A stretch of DNA of 64,000 nucleotides, taken from Syncephalis fuscata S228. Taxonomy: Eukaryota > Fungi > Zoopagomycota. The DNA lies in the NCBI GenBank assembly GCA_025786725.1, contig JAHLTZ010000010.1, positions 124,001-188,000 on the forward strand, read 5' to 3'. Each line of letters begins with the position of its first letter. The stretch's first letter is position 1. Made by a program: the position numbers and the translations under genes. The notes under the pieces were generated by a model. That model saw nothing but the letters and a program-made list of their open reading frames with translations, was not told the origin of the DNA and searched no databases. This document shows, one piece after another, positions 44,586-58,567 of this stretch.

Positions 44586-46393
44586 AACCATAGAAACAAA
44601 TTACATACGTAGCAGTTACTCTCATGATTTCTATTAACATTCAAAAAGCCAAGAATGCCGCAAGTGTATAGACGATAGAATAAAACAAAATACTGTTTAT
44701 TATGCGCTGTGTACCAGATGTGTGATCTATATAATTGTAGAGCAGTATGTGTATAAGTTACGCTGTTCAAGCTAATGTTCGTTTTGATGAGATAAAATAA
44801 CATTTCGTTAGGAATGTAGTAAAAAGAAGTAACCAAACAGTTATATTGCTACTGACCATGTGGTAATATAGCGGTCATGCAGGCCGATAATAGTAAATAA
44901 TTGTCATATGACAATTATTACACCATTGAATGGATACTTGAGTAATGCGTAACAATTGGTGCATTACTGTTAGGTAAAATCAATAGGAGGGAGCGTGTAT
45001 AGTAGCGTAATGTGTTAATGGTAACGTGTACTGGTAGATATATTACTGTGATGCAGTAATAATGCCTAAAAGTAATGAAATGTTGATAATAACACGTATA
45101 ACTTTACGTATAATCAAGTAAATTGCATGGTATTTTGCACAGATATGCACATAACATATAAGTAGCCATTGGCAAAGTATACCATATTGTGTTGCATGAT
45201 GGTGTAATAGTTGTAATAATACATCAATAAATGTGTAAAAATAACAGTTTTATGCCATTCATGGCTTATATACTTAAAATACAGCAAAATGATTGCTAGA
45301 TTCGAGTTTTCCATGCTTAGTTATACAGATTGGCATAAGAAATAGAACAATGATTTTTGCGACAAAAGTTATTAAATTTCAATTTACGCGTATTTGGTTA
45401 ATAAAAAGTAATTTAATTTTATAATTTTAAAACTTTGCTGCACAAATAAAGTTTGGTCCAAAGTAAATTCAAAGTGTTATCCAGCGCTAAACAAATATAA
45501 TAAAAGGTGCTATGCGGAAATACCAATACATGGCGGCAGTTTATGCCACAAATATACATATAACTGAGGGTTTGTTAACAGCTAAATACGCGTAAATTGA
45601 AATTTAATAACTTTTGTCGCAAAAATCATTGTTCTATTTCTTATGCCAATCTGTATAACTAAGCATGGAAAACTCGAATCTAGCAATCATTTTGCTGTAT
45701 TTTAAGTATATAAGCCATGAATGGCATAAAACTGTTATTTTTACACATTTATTGATGTATTATTACAACTATTACACCATCATGCAACACAATATGGTAT
45801 ACTTTGCCAATGGCTACTTATATGTTATGTGCATATCTGTGCAAAATACCATGCAATTTACTTGATTATACGTAAAGTTATACGTGTTATTATCAACATT
45901 TCATTACTTTTAGGCATTATTACTGCATCACAGTAATATATCTACCAGTACACGTTACCATTAACACATTACGCTACTATACACGCTCCCTCCTATTGAT
46001 TTTACCTAACAGTAATGCACCAATTGTTACGCATTACTCAAGTATCCATTCAATGGTGTAATAATTGTCATATGACAATTATTTACTATTATCGGCCTGC
46101 ATGACCGCTATATTACCACATGGTCAGTAGCAATATAACTGTTTGGTTACTTCTTTTTACTACATTCCTAACGAAATGTTATTTTATCTCATCAAAACGA
46201 ACATTAGCTTGAACAGCGTAACTTATACACATACTGCTCTACAATTATATAGATCACACATCTGGTACACAGCGCATAATAAACAGTATTTTGTTTTATT
46301 CTATCGTCTATACACTTGCGGCATTCTTGGCTTTTTGAATGTTAATAGAAATCATGAGAGTAACTGCTACGTATGTAATTTGTTTCTATGGTT
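44586..46393. repeat. 810-bp apparently perfect inverted repeat (44586-45395 / 45584-46393), 188-bp spacer
   Basis: Arm coordinates sum to a constant 90979 at both ends. Mirror-image identical ORFs at 45114-45314(-) and 45665-45865(+). Confidence 0.95.
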
Positions 46394-47476
46394 TTATGTG
46401 TTTGTTTAACTGTCTGAAAATTTGTAAGACCACACACACAGCGCTCTTTCCTACTTTGCCCTAAGTGCTGCAGTCATACAGCTGTAGTATTTAGCATTGT
46501 TATTAAAGTAATAGTAATCGTATATACTAAAATAATTAACAATGACTACCTAATAAATAGAACGGTAAAAACTCAACTACGAGGTTTATATATTTATTAA
46601 GGTAACAGTAATATAAATAATGATTTATTTGTTATAAGTTATATGAATTATCATATGACATAATTAATTTAGTTATTGCAATAGCTGATTTAGGTCTTTG
46701 GCTGATTTATATCAGGTAATAGTCTGCGTGTATATGATAGTAACATTAATAGTAATAATGTAAAATTTAAATACTATTGGTAAAGCAGTGATATGAAAAT
46801 AAACTTTTATGCTCTAATATATATTAAGTGTTATAATAGAATCATACCATTTTTTGTCAAATAGAATAATGCTGTATTACATCTATAAAAATCCACGCCA
46901 TTAAATCGTTTATTTGAAAAAAAACACTTTATTGAATTCAGTGACAATTAACTATATTAATACTCATTATGTTTATTGTATAAATATATAGCTGTTACAA
47001 ACATCGGCTAAATAACCATCCAACTTGTCGATTAAATTTGATTAATTAATAAATCAATCATTTTATTCCATATAGCGTTTAGTAAAGAAAACTAGTATGT
47101 TATCCGGTTAGAAGCATTGTAATATAAAGCATATCTTATTGACACATAGCTAACTGTAATAAAAGCGTCATAATTTGACCACTACCGTTTATATCAGTAA
47201 ATACACACATTAATCAACAAGAAGGCAGCCGATCCATAACAAAAGCACTGAATAATATTGCTTAATAAACAACTATGAACAAATCTAAAATATTTAACAC
47301 GCAAAACCAAAGCTATTTTATTGTTGTTGCGTGCAAAGCTAGGCACGCCATTTACATCACATGGTCCACCAATTTGTTTGGTAATTATTGTGCGGGAGTA
47401 AGTAGATGTAAATAGCAATGCTATGGAATGAATGGATACTGATCAGAATAGTTCCTCAAAAGTGTCAAGTTGATAA

Positions 47477-48476
47477 TTATTTCGACATCTAGATTGTATA
47501 AAAGGTTAATTAATCAATCAATTAATAAAAACAATTACTGTATAAATGACCATTACTATTATTAATAATAACAATAATAGCCATCTAATAGCAATATTTA
47601 CTAATCGTTGCTTACCATCATCTTGACGAATTCCTCGTAGTTGATCTGACCATCACCATCAACGTCAGCTTCACGGATCATCTCCTCGATTTCCGCGTCG
47701 GTTAGCTTTTCGCCTAGGTTCGACATTACGTGGCGGAGTTCAGCAGCAGAAATGTAGCCATTGCCGTCCTTGTCGAACACTTTGAAGGCTTCCTTGATTT
47801 CCTCCTCAGAGTCGGTGTCCTTCATCTTGCGAGCCATCATCGTCAAAAATTCTGGGAAGTCGATCTGGCCGTTGCCGTCCGAGTCAACCTCGTTGATCAT
47901 ATCTTGGAGCTCGGCTTCGGTTGGGTTTTGGCCCAATGAGCGCATCACTGTGCCGAGTTCTTTGGTGGTGATGGTGCCATCGCCGTCCTTGTCAAAAAGA
48001 GAGAACGCTTCTTTGAACTCGGAAATCTGGTCATCTGTTAATTGATCAGCCTAGTTGATCGTTAGCATGGGTAATAATTAAACTATTTTAGTAGATGCCA
48101 CGACACGTTAAACATCTTGGCAACAAAGTGCCGTATATGCAATGTTCTTTGGACTTTTACTATTGCAACAGATGACAAGCACATACAATATTCGACAATA
48201 ATACTAGTAAAAAGTACAAATCATTCTATCATAGCACTGTGTCCTAGCAGCCTTTTATCTATTTGACTATGGCTAGCGCTATATAGCGAAATGCCTGCGG
48301 TAACTCGTGTTGCACCGCTTCTCGCTCATCCTATCTACATCCTGGGCCATACGTAAGACTGTATAACACCACTTTCACACAACATATACACGGGCTTTAT
48401 TGCCATCAATAGCTTATTATAGGCCAATCACAGTACACAGCCATCTATACACATAAATCACTACAATACTTACCAT
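47477..48476 (-). CDS. CMD1: Calmodulin; ATG-only first coding exon, MSK* last exon
   Basis: ATG|gtaagt intron, then [25 protein letters not shown] with four EF hands, ..YEEFVKMM|gtaagc..ctag|ATG TCG AAA TAA. Confidence 0.97.
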
Positions 48477-49360
48477 GATGATGAGCTAGAAGTGTAAAGA
48501 AGTAGATAGTAGTGTGGGTGGGTAAGAGAAGTGGTAAATGTACGAGAAGTGAAAAGAGGGGAAAAAAAGGGCAATCGTCAATTCTTAGACAGGACAATTC
48601 ACTTCTATTTCCAGTTTTTATTGGTAGCAATGATAAGTGTGGATAGAATGAAAGATAGGCAAACTGTTACAAAAAACTATTACGACACACACAAACACAC
48701 ACATGTTAGATTTAATAAGGGAAAAGAGAAAAAGGAAATGTAAAAGCGTATTCTTGTTTAAGCGCCGTTTGATTGGCTTGAGCTGACAAAGAAATAGGGT
48801 GGCGTTTGTAGACCCTTTGTATACTGACTATATAGATATTTATATATGTAACTTATTACGATTCATTATAATATCAAAAATACATGTAGATCAATCACTG
48901 TACAAAGGTTATTTCTGTTATTGTATACAAATATATATATATATATGTGCTAATCTGTGCTGTGGAGAGATAGAGATAAAAGTCATCAAAAGGCTAAATC
49001 AATAGAAAATACAAAAGATCGAGCCATTATTGGTAAACAAACGTATACCATTCATTCATACAAATGCACACACATGCACACGCACACACACATAAATAAA
49101 TACATACAACAGATATAAAGATATACAGATACACGCACACAAAACACACACACGCGCAACGATTGATGCAACCGTAGAATGATATGGATGTTGTTTTGTT
49201 GTTACATGGTGTCACGTACGTGTATAGGAAATAAATCGGCAATGCTAACAAATAACAAAAATGACGGCCAATGTCCTGCACTGTACTGCCATTCACTGAA
49301 AATCAACGGTATCTCATGTCCAGACCACCATCGTTGGATGGTTTCCACGCTTATTGATCA

Positions 49361-50363
49361 CTAAACGTTGCAACAAGTCTGGTCTGATGTATGATCACGA
49401 TCATCACGAATGCGTACATCGCCCTGCGGTCGTTCTCCATAAGGCTTATCATTTTCGTATGAGCTTTCGAGTAGTGCCCTTGTGACATCTTGGAATAGCT
49501 CGTCCACACCTATTGATTGCCATGATTATAGTTGTATCATTATTATTAATACATATTAATAGATGCTAAATATAAATAAAACCAACGATTTCTTACCAAT
49601 GGCGTCCTTGGCAGATATTTCGTGGATAGGATGATGCGATCCAAGCGCCTCTTTAACATAGGCTTCGGCTCGTTCTCGTGATACTTGTCGTTTGGTCTCG
49701 GCCAAATCCAATTTACTGCCTACCACATGGATGGCAATATCGCCGGTGTTACGCTGTAATTCCGTGACCCAGCTGCCAATCTCTTCAAAGCTTTTCTCTG
49801 ATGTAATATCATAGACGAGAATAGCTGCGCTTGCCTATAAACCAATTATGGATCTGAACTGTAATACAAATGATAAACTTACTCCTCGATAGTACATTGG
49901 TGCCTAGATTATACAAAACAAGAATTAAAAGCCATCATCATATTAGTCTATATTACTTTTAATTTTTTAGCTGCTAGCTAGCTAGCTAACTAGTTAATTA
50001 GTTAACTTACCATAGAACGAAAACGTTCCTGGCCTGCTGTATCCCAAATCTGCAATACTACCCGACAATCATCTATGTATCTATTGCAGTGGGCTTATTA
50101 GTCGGTTGCTAGTAATATGATGGTCAATTGTACTAACATGCGCTGAGTAAGAAAAGAGGCACCAATTGTTGAAGCTGAATGAGGCGAAAACGTATTTTGT
50201 ACGTAGCGCATTACCAGTGACGTTTTACCAACACCTATGTCATTATCAATAGCGTTAATTAATTAGTTACCAAGTATATTTATATAAATCTACTTAACAG
50301 CTACTTACCTTGTGATCCAAGAATGACCAATTTTGCTTCCAGCGATGACGAGTGCATCGACAT
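49361..50363 (-). CDS. Rab GTPase, Rab5/22-related group, 6 exons
   Basis: [55 protein letters not shown], C-terminal CCNV prenylation motif. Confidence 0.9.
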
Positions 50364-51522
50364 TTGATAATGGTATATATATATATGTATAAACTCTTAT
50401 TTACCCACACTTATATTGCAACTAAAGCTCTTGACACAGTAGTTGTAGTAATAGTGGTGCTAGTGGCGATAGTAATAATAATAAGATACGAAGCCCGACA
50501 AAGGTCTTGCTTTGCAAAGGTCGTTCCTGCGTTATATGGACACGCGATAGGTGCAAAAGGTCACTAAAATGGCTATTATTATATGGTTGGTTATTACAAG
50601 GTCTCTCATATCCTAATATATTATAGATAGATATTTTCACTTCATCTTGCAGCATTCCCGACCAAGTAGTCTTTATTACGTAGATTGGAGACACCGAAGC
50701 ATCGCACCTTGTTCATCGTCTATATAACTTACCCGAGTATTTGATATCCGTTGTTATCCAACGAATAAAAGTAACGGTTATAATTGACTCAAGGAAACAG
50801 TAGCAGCTATAATAACAGTTACAATAGCGACAGCAACGACAAAAAAAGCAACAGCAACAGTACAAACCCACAGTTAAAGAACACCAGGGCTTTGTTACTG
50901 CAATTGCCAGACGAGAAAGAAGGTGAGAAAAGTAAGTTATAAAAAAAGGAGGGTGCGCCGTTAAAGTGGTGGAGCAAGGGGAAAGGAGAATATGAAGAGA
51001 GAGAGAGGAAAAAGGCGGAGATAGAAATGATCAAGTATGACGATAATTTATCAATAGAACAAATGAATAAAACTAGATACGCGTGTATTGATGCGTTGAT
51101 ATATATATATATATATATGCATGTATGTTGTGTGTGTGGATGTAAATGTATACAATGAATGTGTGTTCGTATTATGCATCGTGTAGATAAGATGGATATA
51201 GAGAAATGATGATCGTATTAAATGATAAACAAATAGATGCAGTTTTTGTTTATTTATTTTATCTGTACTAGTAAATTACATCAACAACAGATACATTAGT
51301 GACAGTAGATAAATTAATTACATTGATATTATTAAGATTAAACTAATGCTATACTAATAGCATTTTAATGGGTACAAATATGAATATTTATAAGTAGCTA
51401 TTACTAGAGTCTATTAAACATGTTTATAAATCACTATAATATTCACTAATAGGCTGTCTGTTTTATCGCGGTTGATGCACTCGTGGCGTGACAACACAGT
51501 AGCTACCGTGTCAGTGTACGCA

Positions 51523-52074
51523 TTAGACGGGTAGATTCGTGCCGGTGACGCGATCGACCAGCGTTCGCAGTCCAGGCAAATTAAGGATCGACCCGATAAC
51601 GGGCAATCGACGTAGCATACTTAGAAGAGCGGGGAAAAAGTCGGCAAACAAATTAATAAAGCCAAATACTTCTACAATCAGGCCAACAATGGGCCATTTG
51701 AAAAATACGATGATAACCCCAACAAAAAAGCAAATGGCCCCGGGAATACGTCGACGTTGTGCAAAGAATTGTCCAGTATTAGCGAAGCCTTTAAAGGCGA
51801 CACCACCAGCAATCAATAGAATCTATTATGATGCACAGTAAATAAAGCACGTTAGCGTGATTGGTTCCACATCGTGATTGCTATTACTATATTGCTACTT
51901 ACATTACCAATGGCAATAAGACCGGCATCAAATAACAATAGCACTCCAAGAAAAATAAGTGCACCGCCAAATGCAGCTACTGCTGCGCCAATTTCTATTG
52001 TAGATTCTTATAAGCACCAGTAGTAATAGTAGTGCTTATAACAACTTACTTTGTGTCTCTGAAAAGTCCCACAT
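51523..52074 (-). CDS. GOT1: Got1 vesicle transport protein, 3 exons
   Basis: MW..SETQKIG..FLGVLLLFDAGLIAIGNIL..FFVG..WPIVG..E.FGF.NLF.DFFP..LRRLPVIG..LPV*. Confidence 0.9.
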
Positions 52075-52273
52075 TGTATAGGTGTATACGTGTGTGTGCG
52101 TGCGTGTGTTATGAATACTATTCTGTAACTAACAATAAGGATGACAAACAGTCAGTAGCGGTGAAAGCTTTATTATGGCCGATTAAATATTCAAATACGT
52201 GCGAATGAAGATAAATAGTGTCGTTTCCTATTTTCATTGGACAGTATTATTGATGCTTTTAATTATCTTTTTC

Positions 52274-53143
<870 letters not shown>

Positions 53144-53179
53144 ATCGTATAAATAAACTATTTAATTTAAAATGTACCT

Positions 53180-55226
53180 CTACGATTCATACGTTGTCGC
53201 TAATGATAGATCAGCCATACGTGTCTGGTTGGGCATACATCCAATTGGACAGGATTGCCAATCTTCTTGTAAAGTCCATGGCAAATCTGATTCAAAAGAA
53301 GAATGGCCGATATTTTCATGATTTACTGGACTGTTTGTAGATGAAGATATGGTCTAACGTGTATTAGTTAGTAATAGTATTTATTGCTATTTATATTATG
53401 GCTTACTCTATGTGTACCAGTACCGCTATTATTTAGTAATATATGTAATTTGTTCAATTCTTGGCTCATTTCCTCCTCTGATATGGCAGTATAAGCACTA
53501 GAGGTAATCTAATACATAATTTATATCGTATCTTTTTATATTTAATACCATTTCTTACTTAACGGGTTCAATTAATTTTTTAATATAATCCAGTAGAGGT
53601 GCTACAGTACTGGCTAGTTGATCGTCAAAACTATTCATAAAATGCAATAAATGTAAAGTACTAGTAATATGTTAGTTATTAGTTGTAGAAATAAATCAAT
53701 TCTATTGCACTTACTATCGATTAGGGTGTCTTAAACAATACTCAAGCAAATCATCTAATTGACTTGGTGCTAATCCATCGGTTGTATTATCGCTATTATA
53801 ATATTCTTGAATAAACACTTTGATCCAAGCCACTATAATTGTGTAAATATTATGAATTAACCAACACACTATTAAAACAATTACCTAATGTCCACGTATA
53901 ACTGATACTTTTAGGCTTTACTGGTATCTCTATCTAAAATAATGATTACTATCAATTATTAGCCTAATGACCCATTACTTACTGTTGTATGTAATGAATT
54001 AAACGTCGATATTTCTAATTACTGTGAATATTATTGCTAAATACGTTTAATTTAATTACCTGTATCTTCCAACTGGTCCAACATGGCTTGAATTAGTGCT
54101 TCAAGGAAACTGGCATCAGACCAAGTACGACTGAAATGAGCCAATGCAGGACTCCACAACTCGTAAATATCTTTTGCAATTTGAATGTCTGGTAATGCAG
54201 CCCGTTTTCTACATTCATCTATTAACCATCCAACTATACTATCTCTTTATTGCTTACTTTTTACCCATAGGTACTAAAATGCCTACTTCAAGTAGAATAG
54301 GCACCAAAGTATCTTCAAAAGTATCTGCATCGACTAAACTGGCCATTGATCGAAGTAGGCGTGTTTCTTCACCTGCCAGTTTATTTAGAGTCGCTTTATT
54401 TGCTATTACCATTGATTGCTTAATAACATGCTATTATATTTTATATTGACGCTACCTTTTACGCTTTTCTTCCTCAAGTCTTTATACTCTAGCAGTAATG
54501 GCCGTATCTCGCCAACAGTTTCTTGCAAATAACTACGCTGTAGCGACCAGTAATTTGTATATAACCAATGTAGTGCCTTATTATCAATAGTATGTTTAGC
54601 AGTGTACAATCAGTAATTATGTAGTTGCCTACCTGTGCACAAGTTGAGCGCAAAACGGATAGACTGGGTAGTTGTTCGTGAGTACCAGCGTGGCGTAGTT
54701 CGACAAACCAAGATGGCATTCCTAATTGTTCAGCAATCGCCGATACTGACAATGCGTAAATACCCTGTTGATGTGCATCAACAAATCCATTGACAAATCT
54801 GTTCTTGCTTGTAAGTTGATAGTTTATTAAGCGGTTGAGCTTACCGAATAAGCGCCATTGATAGCATAAGACGCAGTTCTTTAGGGGATACAAGTGCTGT
54901 TTGTGGCGATGTACTGCATCGGTCAACAAGTAGGCCTAGCTCTACTAATGTAGCCGTGCAGTCAACAGCATGCGGTACTTTACCACGGCTCAGCCAGGCG
55001 CGTACCTAAAACTTGCATGTTAATCTATATGCCGCCCTCTATTAAGCAGTATTTACGCGATGAACTGCTTGCTGGCGATAATTTGGATCCGGTGCAAACA
55101 ACCATTGCGCTATTTGTTCATACTCTTCCAATGAGCTCCAAGGTACCTAAACACTTAGTTATCAGTATTGCTCATTGTATTGCTCGCACCGACTAAGCTT
55201 ACAACACGCGGTAATCGTGGTGTCAT
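53180..55226 (-). CDS. LAS1: Las1 pre-rRNA ITS2 endonuclease (HEPN), many exons
   Basis: PRVVPWSS.EE, AWLSRGKVPHAVDCTA.L, RFVNGFVD.HQ..YA.SV..IAEQLGMPSWFVELRHAGTHEQLPSLSVLR, C-terminal W..CPIG. Confidence 0.9.
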
Positions 55227-55296
55227 TACTATTGTTAAAAACGCCACAAAGATTCTGAATAAAAGTTGTGATTTTGTTTTTTTTTTGTTTTTTAAA

Positions 55297-56923
55297 ATGT
55301 CGAATGTTAACAAGAGCAGTACTCGAAACAAGCGACCACTTAACAGTGGTAATGCAGGTAATTCCAAGAAGAAACGCGAAGAGATCCACCTAGTTAGCTG
55401 CAGAGATGCTAGCTGTACTGGTTGTGCCGAGGGAGAAGTCGAGCTTGTGTTTACCAAGACGGACGGTGAACACGGCGCGGAACAACCAATGGCGACTCAG
55501 TTGTATCAATTTGCTTTGGAGGAAAGTAACAGAAGCGGTGAATTGACGCCAATCGCACGCAAGCTGTTTGAACGAGCCATTGAGGCGTTTAACGAAGAGG
55601 AGCGTGCCTATGTGACAGCTAGTGCTACAATCGATCCAACTGCCATTGCTGAATTATCAACAGAAAATTTAAAGCATCAGCTACTCTATGCAAATTGTCT
55701 ATTAACATTCGGACAGCAGCTCTCTTTAACTGACAAAGTGCAACAAGCCATTGAAATATTAAAAAGGCTTTCAAAGGGTGGCCATCAAAGTGCTTGGATT
55801 CATCTTGGTCGAGCACAGTTAACTGCTGTGGTAATTATACAATTTTATTTATATAATATACATTTAATAGTATATATTAGGGAATGAAATTGGAACGGTT
55901 AAAGCAGATGCAAAGCGAGGAAGAGGATGATAGCGAGGATGATAGTGAGGATGAAAATTGGCGGAAATACAACCAATTATCTTACAATTAGACGAAGTAC
56001 TGGCATCATTTGATAAAGTAAGTTGCTAAATGAACAGTTAATTGATTAAATAGTATTTTAATTTTTATAATTAGGTTATTAGTAGTGTAGAAAAGGGTGC
56101 TACAGCAACTACCGATAGTTCGGTACAGACTGTCGAACTGACACGTTTACTCGCGGCTTTACAGACGTTCATTGAGACGGTGCCGGTTAAATCGTCTTAT
56201 CATGGTAACTATTTAATCCATATTTATTAATTATAACAACTATTAATCTATGTAGTTATAATATACAAAACTACTACGTGGATTGTACGCCAACTTGACA
56301 ATACTGATCCATTAACGAGCCAGTTGGGTAACTGGGCTGAAATGACCCAGGATAGCGATGCACATCGTTTAATGGCCTCATTACTTTATCAACATGCCTT
56401 ACACGTTAGCCAGCAACAAAATGATACATCATCTAACTCTAGTATTGAGGTAAGCAATTATACCATTAATGTATAACACACTCGTTTGCTAATCCATATA
56501 TCTATATTTATATGTATATTTGATAGCAATGGTGTCTTAAAGCACTTGATCATACAACAAAAGCGAAGCAATATGCTTTCAATGATGCAAATATCGATCA
56601 AATTGACGAGTTGGTAAGTGGCTTAATGCCTGTATATGTAAATAAGCCATAGTAATTATGTATAAATTATAGACAGGCTATATTTATTTATTGAAAAGTA
56701 ATGTCGTCAATGATGATGATGAAGTATTAGCAGATTTGATACAGCCACCGAGGTATTACTACGCGTTTACCAGCGAATCCTCGTAAGTGTATATTGCTAC
56801 TGTATTGATCTGTAACTAATATTAATAACTACTGACATAGATAACGAACAACTGGCTCATCAATTAGCCATAGCTGGCATGTTAGACGACTCATTAAATA
56901 GTGCCAGTTCTGAAGATGAATAG
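55297..56923 (+). CDS. Ett1/Nro1-like helical-repeat protein (tentative), ~7 exons, with -1 shifts
   Basis: N-terminal KRPL..KKK basic motif, CRDASCTGC, ARKLFERAIEAF, TPR-like helices; canonical introns. Confidence 0.5.
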
Positions 56924-57122
56924 ATAAATTGGATAATCATTTATTTTATAATATTCTAGCCATTGGTCACCATTGAGGACTACATATATACAGTCCAACT
57001 ATAAAATAACAGATGCCATTTGGCTACCGTTACTAGTGTTACTGTTGTTATTGTTGTTGTTAGAAATAAAGGGACATGCAATCAATGCTCAGTGATCCAA
57101 TATGACCTATTGCTTTGCTTGT

Positions 57123-57747
57123 TTACTATAGATTATCAAATAATAGTTAGCAAGTGCCATTATTGATTGTTATTTGCTTACATAGCCAGAGTTGCGCAAA
57201 TAATCACCAATTTTCTCAATTTCTACAGTGGCCTCGCCTGGTGCGGTGGGTGCCGCGTAAGTTCCAATGACGATTGTCTGGTTTGTTTTGACACAGGCAA
57301 TACCGTCGGCGCCCTAAGTCATTTAATGTAAGCGCCAATCATGACTATTATCTAGCAAGTGTGCGGCCTACCTTTTTACCGTAGAGACTGGCGTTATTAC
57401 ACTCTAGTGCAAAGTATTTGGTGTCAACAGCTCTTATACCGCTAGCTTGTACACCAGACGGGTTGGCAAATCCAGCAATAATCTGATTGATCTCATCTTG
57501 CGATACCTAATAAAGATTATATTAGCCTACTACAAGTCTATACACTCAATAAGCAGCGCATTAACTAATCCCATAGACTATCGACATCTTGTCTATTCTC
57601 ATCTTCATCTAGCAGGTATGCACTTTACACAGCACTTACAGTAAATCCGGCAGAAGCGGCCCATTGTTGGCCGTTATGACCAAAGATGGCTGCGTTGTTA
57701 ACCTTGCCGGTGGCCAAAAGGTTATCGACATAAGCGTTCCACGACAT
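57123..57747 (-). CDS. PFY1: Profilin; absent from the ORF track
   Basis: MSWNAYVDNLLATGKVNNAAIFG..WAASAGF..GTKYF-like (DTKYF)..LYGKKGADG..VKTNQ..IEKIGDYLRNSGY; the stop codon likely lies after a final intron. Confidence 0.95.
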
Positions 57748-58567
57748 GATTGAATATGCGGTTGGATAAACCTAAGTGCCAAACAGAAGATAGAAGGAAG
57801 TAGTAAAGGAAAGTAGAAAGAAGAGCGATGAAGCAAGTGCGCGTTTACTAGAAATGGATGTCGGAATATGCAATGGCCGAGTCGATGACGCTATATAATG
57901 GGCGCGTGTGTGTGTCCTCGTGGTTGATAGACCAATCATGTGGTGTTATCAGTGTTAATTAGCAGAACAGGCTGTATATGTGATGTTAGTTTTGATAACG
58001 ATGATATTGAATGGATGATTAGCAATTAATTATATTAATGAAAAGTGTTACAAACAATGTAATATAATGATGGTTGCTGTTTAAGTGAATCGTATAGAAA
58101 TTGCTATGAATTCGATATAATAAAGATATAAATGTCAAACCAGTTTATTTGTACATTGCGACACTTTAAATCTGCATATCAATGGCGATATCGGTGGCAG
58201 TTGTTCATGGTTAAAGATCCTTGTAAATAATCAATATGGCATGTGCATTATTGTCACCATGCAACTTCGTGTGCAGCACATTTGTTGTTAATACTGCGGG
58301 AATGCCTTGGCACTATTTAATAAATTCAATGTTACTATGATAGGAAATAGTATCGGCCGTTTAACTTGTATGCTACTAATAATAATGGGAAATCATCTTA
58401 CATGAACTGTATTCAAAAACCAAATAACAAAAGAAATTTAAAAAAGATGCCATCTTGTACAGCGAGTGTTTACGAACAGCAACAGGTAAAGCAATAAAAT
58501 AGAAATAATCGCAACAATAGTAGTGGCACAAAGGCACAGTTGATAGCTCGTTTCTTCATATGATAAG

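Noticed and set aside
44561-46409. Duplicated small ORFs (66 and 88-91 aa) as genes
   Set aside because: AT-rich random-looking composition; duplication is only a consequence of the inverted repeat.
48283-48326. Hairpin in calmodulin intron 1
   Set aside because: Short imperfect stem (AGCGAGA/GCGGT..ACCGC/TTTCGCT) could be chance; no conservation evidence.
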